Assembly (NCBI RefSeq): GCF_025526975.1
Contig: NW_026515668.1
Span: forward strand, 1,240,001-1,304,000
Reading direction: 5' to 3'
Length of the DNA: 64,000 bases
Source of the DNA: Fimicolochytrium jonesii
Lineage: Eukaryota
Positions within the stretch are counted from its first letter, which is position 1, and each line of letters opens with the position of its first letter. A program made the position numbers and the translations under genes. The notes beneath the pieces are model-generated. The model had not been told where the DNA came from and did not search any database. It saw nothing but the letters and a program-made list of their open reading frames with translations. Shown here piece after piece: positions 24,454 to 35,016 of this stretch.

Positions 24454-25334
24454 TTAACCGCGACATTCGCCGAGCGTATCTTGTTCGGGCAGAGTTTGGC
24501 TATGTGGCCGGGTTTACCACAGTAGAGGCAAAGTTTGTTTGTGATGCGGTGTTGGCGCTCTAGCGGTGTGAGGGGTCCTCGCGGACGAGCAGCGTCAATG
24601 ATCATAGGGTTGTCTGGGCGGTTGTCGGGGCTCATGAGGGTGGGGCTAGTGGTAACTGGCACATATGGCTGTCGGTTCCTGCTTCGCTCTAGACGGCGCT
24701 CAAACAATCGGTTGTCACATTGGATGGCCTGTTCCATCACGGTGTCGATTGAGGCGGTAGGGGGCATCGTGAGCATTAAGTCCTTGACGTCTTCTTTGAG
24801 GCCGCGACGGAAGGTGGCAATCAATGCCTGGTCATTCCACGACACATCGCATTGCAGCTGTCGGAATTCAGCTACATACTCTGTTGCTGCACGGGTTTGT
24901 CGAAGGTTCTGGAGCTTGTTTTCGGATGTGCGGATCCTGTCGCTGTCTCCAAAGACTGCTTGCATTTGCTGGATGAAATCATCCAGGTTCGTAAGGGAAT
25001 GATGGTCTTGTTTGACAAGGGGCGCCAGCCAGGCCTGGGCGGTGCCAGTGAGGTAGGTGCCAATAGTTCGTATCTTGGTCTGATCGTTGGGGTAGCGCCT
25101 GGGTTGGAGGGCGAACATGAGCCGGATCTGGTTGAGGAACCCACGGAACTTGCTTTGGGTGCCATCAAATTTGTCTGGGAGACTGATTTTGGGTTCGGGG
25201 GCGTGGGTGGCAGGGGCAGTGGTCTGGGTTTGCGCTAGTTCGGCTTGTAGGGTGGTATTCTGTGCTCGAAGTTCGTCAATCGCATTGCACATGGCTTGCC
25301 AGGCTTCGGCCGTGAGGGGAAGGGCGTCGGACAT
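24408..25334 (-). CDS. gag: Gag
   Basis: PDKFDG...FLNQIRLMF, LRQTRAATEYVAEF, FRRGLKEDVK, zinc knuckle CLYCGKPGHIAKLC. Confidence 0.95.
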   Translation of the reverse strand: MSDALPLTAEAWQAMCNAIDELRAQNTTLQAELAQTQTTAPATHAPEPKISLPDKFDGTQSKFRGFLNQIRLMFALQPRRYPNDQTKIRTIGTYLTGTAQAWLAPLVKQDHHSLTNLDDFIQQMQAVFGDSDRIRTSENKLQNLRQTRAATEYVAEFRQLQCDVSWNDQALIATFRRGLKEDVKDLMLTMPPTASIDTVMEQAIQCDNRLFERRLERSRNRQPYVPVTTSPTLMSPDNRPDNPMIIDAARPRGPLTPLERQHRITNKLCLYCGKPGHIAKLCPNKIRSANVAVKEPAPIQDFAQVQLQ

Positions 25335-25373
25335 GGTGATTTGGCGTGGAGGTACAGCGGCTGGGGGTTGTTG

Positions 25374-25383
25374 AGCAGATCAA
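25374..25383 (-). other. Self-priming (Tf1-type) primer-binding site
   Basis: TTGATCTGCT lies 2 nt inside the 5' LTR boundary, lacks the TGG tRNA signature, and is complementary to AGCAGATCAA in the LTR (25509-25500). Confidence 0.75.
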
Positions 25384-25385
25384 AC

Positions 25386-25914
25386 TGTTATGAATGGGCG
25401 GAGCCGATGGAAATAGAGGCGACTTGTGGTGCAGGTTGTTGACAGGTAATGGTATTCAGACCGAAACAAGAACTAGAACAAGACTAGGAAGAACTGGTGT
25501 TGATCTGCTGGGGATCAGGAAGTGGGGAGCTCAGGGGAGGCGGCTATTTATGTTTTTCTGGGAAGGCTGGGGAAGCGTGGGGAAGCAGAAGGGTACGGAA
25601 TGAGAGGGAAGCCAAGAGAAGCGCCAAGGGTGGGGAAGCATAGAAACAGAAGACTGGGGATGGGGTGGCTACGCTGAGGCTGTGGGCGGGTACGTGGGGA
25701 AGTATGGAGAAGGGTTTGTAAGCGCCGAGTGTTGGGAGGTGTGGCTACGTGCGGCTGCGTGGAGAAATTAAGGCAGTGGCAGGTGTGGGGTAGCGCGGCT
25801 GCGTGCGGCTGCGAGGTTTGGCAGATGTCAGGTTTTGACAGGGAATTGACATTGACTGACTGTTGGGATGCTGTCATGAGGTAAGCGCATGGTATGGATG
25901 CGTCGTCCATAACA
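25386..25914 (-). repeat. 5' LTR (529 bp) with TATA-like CATAAATA (25552-25545)
   Basis: Direct repeat of 20039-20567 with TG...CA termini. Confidence 0.97.
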
Positions 25915-26688
25915 CCCGTAACCCACCCGATCCAGAACCCACCAAACTGCACTGCTTCTACTGCGCGTCCACAGCCCACCAAACTACAAAGTACACTGCT
26001 TGCGCACGTGTTTGACCCACCATCTCGCAATTACAAACCCAAAATCACCCTAGCCGGTGCAACTTTAAACCCAAAATCACCCCCAGCATGGAGCAGTTCT
26101 CCAGCCCCACCCTACGCGCTGCAGAGGAGTACCCTTGGTCCCAAGATCGCGAGGAATTTCAATTGGAAATGGCCGAAGAAGACTATGACTAGGCATTCAC
26201 TGAAGCAATTGAGCGGGAGACTGTGGATATTTCGGCAGAACAGGAGATAGAGGGCCGCTTAGGACTAGGAAGTGGTTGTGTGTAGTTTGGTGGGGTTTTC
26301 TTTGAGTGTAGTTTGGCGGGTTTTTTTTGAGTGTAGTTTGGTGGGTTCTGGGATCCGGTGGGCTACGCGCGGAAAATCCACTAAACTGCACCCTTACCCC
26401 GCACTTCTTCTTCGAGGCCTGGTTTATCAAGAAAAAGCATGTGGCGAAGAACGACCAGTTTGAACTGTTGATGCCAAACAACATTATAATCAACTGGGAG
26501 GATGAAGAGTACGATAGCAAGCTGGAGGCAGTGTCAGATTTATAAAGCTATACTGCTGCTTATGTGATACTGCCATGATACTGCCGATTTCTTCTACTGC
26601 ACAATACTGCACAATACTGCCGTGATAATGGAGATACTTCTGCAATACCCTCTTCCCTCGTGTTCCACTAACTTGCACCCAACTCTTC

Positions 26689-28315
26689 CTACTGAGTGCC
26701 AGAAGGACCGGCGGCAGCAGAAGGACCGGCGGCAGTGGAAGGACCAGCAGCAGCACCAGTGGCAGTGGCTGTAGGCAGGGCGCCGCGAATCGCGAAAACA
26801 TAAAACCCACGTGTGGCCAACCTGCGAAGCAAGTGATTCTGTGGAATCACAACCATGATCAGCATCAGGTATGGTTGGAAGAACCTCTCAATCATAGAAA
26901 GGTGCCCTCAAAATAGCACCAGGTGCGGGTGTTGTTCCACGCTCAATGTCCAGTGCGCGGCCGATGTTGTTCATGGTTGCTTGAGTATATATTGGACCTT
27001 GGAGGACATTGTTGACCGCATGCAATCCCCAAAGCAGTTTCCGCTGTCGTTCATGATATACTCCGTCGGTCGGCCTGTGAAGGGCCAGTCGTTGCCGTGG
27101 CCTTCTGCTTCTTGTCCTTTCCGCTTGTCTTCTCCTCCTCCGCGGTCCGCTTTCCTTTCCCCTTCTCCCTCGCCCTCTCCTTTTCCGCATCGGCGGCTGG
27201 GAATCTGTTGGGATAACCGATTGGTTAGACGCTGGGTAAACGTATGCTTTTTACTATGCCAAATACCCACTGGGTTCCTGGGGGCAGGGGAAGCGGTCCT
27301 GTCTTATCCGCGGTCTTCACAAAGGCATCTGCTTTGCCGCACTTCTTTTTGTGCCGCGCCGCATACGGGCTACACCCTTTGCCCTCATCCTTCAACTTGC
27401 TCAGCGCCATATTCCGTGCCGAGGAGTAGGTCCTTCCACACCGTGTACAACGCCACTTGTGAACACGTAACTCCGCAGCGTCCTTAGCATAGATGTTGTG
27501 GGAGATTGGGATCTCAATATCGACCCTCGCCTCCACCCACTCCACCGCAGAGTGGAATTGGTGTTTATGCCTCTTCTTTTTGTCATCCATGGGCGGTCTC
27601 TTCATGTGCAGTTGGATCCAGAGGCGTAGGAGCCAGTGCAGCAAGACCCCCACAATCTCCACCCGCGGCTTCTTCTTCATGATTGGCTTGCTGAGATGGA
27701 TATAGTGCCCACTCCCGTTCCTGTGCTCTCCACAACTTCCCGGCTGGTACGTCATGTTCTTCCACCAAGTGACGTCAACCTTGGTGGTGAGCTGGTTGTA
27801 CTCAAAGAGGAACTTGTTAAACCGTGTGTACTCCCTTTGGAGATCCGCATCGGTGTGGTAGGCAGGGAAAAGATGGTATATATTTGGGTAAAGAAGAAAA
27901 GAAGCCGGCGCAGTCGCGCGCGGATATGTACAAGTAGAAAAATACAACAACAAGTCATGTGACTAGGGAATATAAACTAACTAGGGAGTTAGGGTTACCC
28001 GCGAGAGGTAGGGTTACCATAAGAAGTCAGGGTTGAGGTGTCGACTCCACACCGTACCACATCGGTCTGGATTGGCCGCAGGGTGTCTAGCTCGGCGTCG
28101 CCCGGTTTCTCGAAGCACAGCTTTTCAATCCGCCTCTGTTCTGCGTGCTCTTCTCTGAGAGCTTTAGCCGCTTCCAGTGCCTTTCCAATCATTTCTTCCT
28201 CCTCCTTGTCTTCCGCCTTATCCTCCCATTCCCAGCCAGCCTCTTTGTCTTCCACATCGAATTCCAGTTCCGGTTCTGACTGAAAGTCCAGGTCATAATC
28301 GTCAAAGTCGCTCAT
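26689..28315 (-). pseudogene. Decayed SprT/Spartan-like plus Josephin-like fusion gene
   Basis: Acidic first exon (28315 to ~28058). SprT-like FNKFLF...VTWWKNMT..PGSC...IHLSKPIMKKKPRVEIVGVLLHWLLR...HKWRCTRC...HKKKCG. Intron 27205-27270 and a K/E-rich linker, then Josephin-like VYHERQRKLLWGLHAVNNVLQGPIYT and LATRGFYVFAIRGALP. Contains frameshifts and a stop. Confidence 0.7.
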
Positions 28316-29588
28316 AATGCTGGGAATATGCCTGTTATGAGACGGGAAGGTCAGGTCAGATGCTGGTCAACGGCAGCTGCAAACGCGGTGCTGTCAGTCG
28401 CCTCGCCCACCTGTTGTTAAGAATTGAATTCAGAAAAGAGAAGGAGCCGTCGCGGTGTTGTGCTTGTAAGATAGCGGGTTTGCTTTATGCCGTATCGGTG
28501 AGGAGGAGGCGCTGATACATCAGTTGGGTGTGCACAGGCACTGGGGAGGATGTACAGTAAGGGAAGGATGTTTAAGTATTTACGTACGTACCGCAGGGGA
28601 GGACGTTGAGAGTTGCAACGACACGCGTGAAATCGATGACCGCTCCCAAAACCACAGCCCTACAAGCGTGGGGGACGTATAATTGACATTGTTCGATGGT
28701 CCATTGGCAAAGTTGTCAATATCATGAACCAGGAACGTGGACTGTAGAGTAGAAGGGACAATTCCCCAGTGGTCAAATATGTGGGAGGATCCATCGATAA
28801 GGCAATAAGGATGTTCATACACCTCAGGGGTACACCTGATACATTTGCGGCGGCTGGAAAAAAGCAAAAAGGAACCTCATGGAAAGCCAGTTATCGATCA
28901 ACTTGGTCACCGACCTGCTCATGTTGGTGGACTAGCTAAGAAGTCAGGCCGGTGACTTCAGTTCTGTGCGGGAATGACGTTGAAATTTCAAGGCTATGAA
29001 GCCAAGCATAAAAGGAAGCGGCCGTTGGCATCCCCCTGCTTGTTTCTTCGGGGGAGAGCTCCCCATCGCATATACAACACAACCAACGGAGACCGCCAGG
29101 TATATACCCGCCCTATGCTTCATGAGCGTCGAGAGAGAGAACTGCAAGTCTAACCCATTCCTCTGTTAATACAGTATCAACCCACAGACCTCGCCTCACG
29201 GCGAGAATGTGCACCAAATACGTGGCGTAAGGACTTAAGTTGTGGGGTATGTATGTCATCTGAGTGCAGAATGCCGAGTGGAAGGGGGAACTTGAAACAA
29301 TGGCTAATGGACGCTACTCTGGACTGGGAATAGAATGTTCGCGCTCGGTCTCAATTGTCAATGTCAAGGTCAATTGGTCAAGATGGAGTGTGAGCCAGAA
29401 GATATCGCTTATTGAGATAATTCTGTGCGTTGGCTGTGGAAAACCCCCCCGTGCACAGCATCCTGCACGTATACCCATAGGATAGCATAGTTAACCCCAT
29501 ACAGTGCCGAAGGGCATGGGTTTAGTCAGTCTTGTACTGTACACCGATGATGACGTTATAATCCAACTCCCTCCGACGCGTTCGACAG

Positions 29589-29625
29589 TCGACCCTCGAC
29601 ACACTCAACCCGCTCAACCCGCTCA
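29589..29625 (-). repeat. Right arm of the inverted repeat bracketing island 1
   Basis: TCGACCCTCGACACACTCAACCCGCTCAACCCGCTCA; its reverse complement matches 14011-14042. Confidence 0.8.
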
Positions 29626-31109
29626 CCGGCCCGTCACGTGACAGCAATCATCGCATTTGGCCGCCCATAAAAGGCCGTTTTCTTCAACTGGGCCTTGCCC
29701 GTTTTGCTCGTCTTTTGCCCGTCGGTTCCTGCTCTCATCGGCCCAGACTCGTGTATAATGCACTGGACATCAAGGTAAGCTCCACGCTTCCTCAAGCGGT
29801 GTTACCGACCCCGTAAGGGTGTCGTCGACCTGGAGGAGAGACGATTAGTGGGCACCCTCAAAGCCCCCAAATCAATCTGTCAATCCACTGAACGGGCGAA
29901 CCCAAAATGGGAGCGCCGTTTATGTGTTGATAATTTCGGTGTATGATCTCCATACAAAGCCGGATATCTCCTACAACCGTCAGGAATTCCTGCTGACCTG
30001 TATTCCTCTTGCACTTGTCTTAGTATCAAGCATCTTTCCTTGGACCGACCTTCTCGTCGATCCAGCAACTATTGATATAGGATCATCTCGGTCGGGGTTA
30101 TGCATGCCTCTCTTTGCTCTATTCCTTCCATGGTTAGGTTCACTCTGCAGCAGACGCATTCAAACCCCGATCAGATGATCCTTATCGCTCGATAAGAAAC
30201 ATGCTTCCGATTTACATATGATACCCCTGATTTTGGTTGACCTGCGCTACTCAAATCATTGCTCCGTGTTGCGCAGGCTTTCTTCACTCTTAGGGAAGAG
30301 GAATTGTTTTACAAATGCTCTGGGCAAATTGGGGGAGACGCCAAAATGGCTTTGGTCCCTCGATAATCGATGAGCAGTCATTTTCGGATGAGCTATGATG
30401 AATATGATTGGTTGGATCAGTTCGCTGGCACTCCCACTTGGACTCGTCAGAATGCAAGCATGTCATGTTCACCGCGGGAAACGGTCCGGGAGGAGACTGG
30501 TTTCTCCTGCGTGCAGGTCAAAGACTGCTCCAGCAGGTCCATCTACGTACTATAATATATGCTTGTCTTCATCGACCGGCATATGCAAGTGGTTATCGCC
30601 CCGAACATGGGCACGCGAACGGCCACTGCACTGACTGCAGTCCCACATTGAAACTTCACAAAGCAGCTCATGGAAGTCCAGCCATAATAAGGAGTGTTGT
30701 TGTGACGGGTGGTCACGATAAGCATGTTCATCAAGCTGTTGACCCTAGGGGCCAAGGTGCGCCGGCCCCCCTCGGATGCGTGCGTGATTTGGCTTAGCCG
30801 CAAATCCCATTCATTGTTAACGTAAACCTACCGAACAACAGACGGATGTGATTCTCGACGCCAGGCTACACATGTCAACCAGAACAGCGATCCTCGGTTT
30901 CCATTTCTAGGGACCGTTAGCAACGCCGTTGTGCTGCTGTTATCTTCGCGGGCTCCCAATCCAGCCATGTCCTGGAGGAAGAGACAAAAACGCGTGACCT
31001 AAGCGTCGGAAAGTCGTTGGACCTTGACAGGAACTGCCTGTCTGGATTCTGCGATCCATATCAATTTCAACGTAGAAGCGAGAAGCAGATCTACAGAAAC
31101 CACGCGAAC

Positions 31110-32371
31110 ATGAATCCATTTGGCTCAGACGATCCTCCATCCAACCCATTTGCGGTGAGCATTTTATATTGTGATGAAGGAAGGCCCATCACGACAGATT
31201 TGTCACTCCAAAACGCATGATGGAAGCGCCTAATAGCAATCCCTACGCACAGAGCAACAACGAGCTCTCGTCCAGCTCCAAATGGGGAAGCTCCAAACCG
31301 TCCGTCCCGTCTCCAGCCTCCCATAGCCGCACATCCTCCGCTGCACCCAAGCAATCCGCATACGGTAAATCGGCCTACGACAAACCCGCATACTCATCAT
31401 CCTCGGCGTATGAAAAGTCGTCTGCGCCAGCCCCAGCGTACGAAAAGCCCGCGACCTCATCGCCGTCGGCTTATGGCGGGAGAACCGCCATGGGGGCTAG
31501 TAGTAGCGGTGGTGGAGGGGAGTACGCGAAGGAACTTGAGTTGCAGAGGCGAGAAGCGGAATTGAAGGTGCGGGAGGCGCGACTGGCCGAGCGGGAGAAG
31601 ATCACGGGAACTTTCACTCCGCCGAATTGGTGGGTATACCTGTGCGATGATATCTCTGGAACAACTTTCCTAGTCCTGACCCCTCGCATCGCAGGCCGGT
31701 GTGCAAACCGATGGTGTACCATGATATCGACAAAGATATCCCAGCCGGAGGCAGATGGCTTGTGAAACGAGTATACGCTGGTTGGTGGCTCGCGGTGATA
31801 GTCTACCTCGCCAACTGCATCGCCGCGTTCTCGCTCCTCGTGACAAAAGTCTCCACGGGCGGCAACATGTTTGGCATTTCATTGCTGATTCTACTTGTCG
31901 GCACTCCCGTGGCGTTTGTGTTTTGGTATCGCCCGCTTTACAACGGCGTTCGGAATGGCAGTAGTGCCAGCTTCTTCGTATTCTGGTTCAACTATGGATT
32001 CCATTTGGGAGTCGCTGCGCTCCTGGCCGTGGGGATTCCGGGCTGGGGAGGAGTGTGAGTGGATCTGCGGGTTCCGAAAGCCTGGAAGGATTCTAATGCC
32101 TTCTCTCTCATTTAGTGGAGTGATCATCACCCTCCAGCAATTCGGCAAAAATGTGGGCGTCGCCGTCTTATGCGTAATCGCAACCGTCCTGATGATATTT
32201 GAAGTCTTCTACGGACTTTGGCAGATCAAATCTGCGAACACATATTTCAAATCTTCTGGGATGACAACCGACAGTGCCAAAAATGAAGCGGCTATGACCG
32301 TCCTGAACAGCAGGGCCGGGAGAGAGGCAGTGAAAACCGCCGCTGCTAGCGAGCTGAGGCGGGCGATTTGA
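31110..32371 (+). CDS. SCAMP (secretory carrier membrane protein), multi-exon
   Basis: MNPFGSDDPPSNPF (NPF motifs), coiled coil ELQRREAELKVRE, PPNW|P.CKPMVYHDIDKDIP, FVFWYRPLYNG, four hydrophobic segments. Confidence 0.9.
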
Positions 32372-32623
32372 GAGCAAAGAACAAGTGGCTTCCTGCCACA
32401 GCAAGCTTGGGGGCATTCGCATCTCATATCACTGCCTTGCACTCTCCGTAGTTTAGTAGCACTTCATTTCATTCTGTACTTAAGAGTGTCTCCCAGACAA
32501 GAATACAAGAATACAACCATCCATCGGTTTTGCTTTGTACAAACATTTCGAAACCTTTCGTCCTATACATACTGTACATGTGCTTTCCCTCACAGCTAGC
32601 GCCCAACTGTCATCTTTGGGAGA

Positions 32624-34474
32624 TCACGGCAGACAGAAGGGTCCCTTTTCCTGGCACATCGACGCGAACGGGACGGTCTGACGAGTCGCCCGACGCGTCC
32701 TCCTCGATGCAATCTGATGCAGAACCTCACTCAAAGGTCGAGCGTCCTCTTCCTCCACCGCCAGCGCATCGTCAACCGCGTTATCTCTCTCAATCGGCGA
32801 GTCAGTAACATCCATGTCCACCGGGTCCGAACACAACACAGCTGACTCGCGCCTGCGTTGCTCTCCAATACCATGCAGAATCCAGCTCAACGGGCGCTCA
32901 TCCTCCGGTACATCCGTTCCATTCCTCACAGCAACGTCTGTATCGTACACGTACGCCCGCGAGCGGAATAACTCCCAGTCGAAATGCACGACCCCGGATC
33001 GGCGCGTGGGCGAGACGGCCGGCGAGATGAGAGGCGACATCGCTACGCCGGCGTGAAAGGTTGCAGGGAGAATGGGAGACTGGGACACGGCGAAGGAGCC
33101 GGGTCGGACTCGGTTGAGCAACTCATCTTGTAGGAATGCGGTTTGGCTGCTGTTAAGATCGTGGCTCATGTCGGGCGAGAGGCCCAGGGGGTCGCCATAG
33201 GGACTTGCAATTGCGGACCGGCGGTATGTAGATGAAGAGAAGAAGGCGTGATCTCCGACTTCCTCCATGATGGTATCGACATGTCTGTGGTCATGGGATT
33301 CGGGATCCTGGATGGTCTTCGTTTGACGCTGATGGCGGAACTCCTCGCGAAGGCGGAAGGCAATCAGGAGCCCGAGAACAAAGTGAATGACAAGCTGAGA
33401 AGGTCGAGTCAGCCACAGTACATCGAAGGTCTTCCAATGACAGCAAGCCCTGTCTTGTCACGACCACCTACCAGAGCGCTATAAACCCCAGCCCTCCAGG
33501 TACATCGGCCTGGGGCACAAGTATTCTCCAGCTCACCATACTGCGCCAGTCGCATGCCCACCACCCAAAACCGGCCAAACTCGGTTGTCCAGTCGATCGT
33601 TGGCTGAGATTCGGTGGTGCTCTCAGTTTGCAAATTCCGAAACAAGGTCGTGGATTCATCGGCGTCGGATGCCAGCAGGGCTACTCGGATGATCAGCGAG
33701 AGACCGATGAGGTCCGTAAGCCAGCGCAAGACGTAGACGACCAGGTATATTGATTTGCCATTGGAGCGATCCTGATTTGTGGTTTTAGATGTCAGTTGGT
33801 GATTGTTGGGTACATCTCCAGCATGCATCGGGTCACCTACCCTGTTGATTGCCACTTTCCCATACGCCGCAAAGAAAACATATACAAATGGGAGAATGAC
33901 GCCAGCGACAGACAGCCGGCCGGGGTCGGTCGAGACTTTGGCGAGGGTTAAAAGCAGCAGTAAAGTGCCGAAAACCTGGATGCCAGCAAAAATGTCAGTT
34001 CGGCTTGGGATGTGGAGATGTTTTGATGGAGAAACTCACCAAATCCAAACCCAGCGTCCCGACGGTCCACCATCGCAACCCAAACGGCTTGATCTTGCCC
34101 AGCTCAGAAGACTCGAAATTGTTATCCGTATTTACATTCTCGCTCGAATGATATTCAGGCGGCGGCTGACTGCCAGGCTCGTACGGCGGCGGGAGACCTA
34201 TATCATTGCCATCCGTCGATTGCCTGAAAAGTCCGAACGGCAATGCAGGCAGCGCGCGGTTGAGGATCGACATGCTCAAGCGTGGCGGATTCACCGTGCG
34301 CTGGGCGGCCATCGATGGACGACGGCCCGAGTCTTCCATCAGGTTCCGTCCGTTCCGGAGTGTTTCCTGGGATATTCGTTCGTCGCCAATGTCGATTGAG
34401 ACGAGTGTTGCCAGGTCGTCGTTGGCATTCTCCATTGGCGGGCTTGGACTTGCTGACTTTGTGCTGTTCTCCAT
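32624..34474 (-). CDS. Hypothetical multi-pass membrane protein with PPxY motifs, multi-exon
   Basis: Exon 1 (34474 to ~34040) carries PPPY/PPEY; spliced hydrophobic exons VFGTLLLLLTL...ILPFVYVFFAAYG and IYLVVYVLRWLTDLIGLSLII; long last exon ends at 32624. Exon boundaries are approximate. Confidence 0.55.
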
Positions 34475-35016
34475 CTTGAAGTTTTGCTGGACCTCTCAAT
34501 CACGTATTATATCTGATGGGTAGTTGCGGAGAAAGAGGCGCACTACCGAAACCACCCCCAAAATCATGGAGAGACGTGCATGGAGGGTTATATACATTAT
34601 TTCGGCCACCATGCCCCATATGGAGTGTAGGCCCAGTACGGGCCATCTGCTCGTTAAGGTGTTTTTTCGGAGCTGCGTCAATGATGCAGGGTTGCCTCAA
34701 AACAACATAGGAAGCGAGGAGAGGATTGGTTTGCGAAAAACAGGCCCTGAATGAGCAGATATCCAAGAGCGTGTCTGATGACATAAACACCCTCCACGCG
34801 TTTTCCTCACCATCCACTTTTTATCAACTTTATCAACTTCCCTGAATACGTAGGGATGCAGTGGAGCAATATGTTCTGAAAACATGATTGCCATCTCCAC
34901 ACTCGTATCTATTCTCACATGCAATTGGGTATAATGTAAACATATGTCTCCTCGTTTTGGGAGGTTAAATACGGGAGGAAGAGTACGAGATCTATACGTC
35001 CGATCCCTGACTTTTT

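Larger units (their letters stand above)
20039..25914 (-). mobile_element. Full-length chromodomain-bearing Ty3/gypsy LTR retrotransposon (chromovirus)
   Basis: Two 529-bp TG...CA LTRs, 5-bp TSD CCCGT (20034-20038 and 25915-25919), PPT, and gag plus PR-RT-RH-IN-chromo domain order. Confidence 0.98.
20010..26393. mobile_element. PIF/Harbinger(Tourist)-like MITE, about 500 bp, split by the LTR retrotransposon (pieces 20010-20038 and 25920-26393)
   Basis: After removing the LTR element, the left end GGGTGCAGTTTAGTGGGGTTTGCCCCCGTAACCCACCCGATCCAGAACCCACCAAACT matches the reverse complement of the right end (GGGTGCAGTTTAGTGGATTTTCCGCGCGTAGCCCACCGGATCCCAGAACCCACCAAACT). Flanks are CTA/TTA; subterminal GTGTAGTTTGGYGGG repeats are present. 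Confidence 0.75.

Noticed and set aside
28500..30900. Protein-coding gene between the island and SCAMP
   Set aside because: Only short ORFs and isolated splice-like sites; no recognisable domain. It may be a decayed gene but I cannot support a call.
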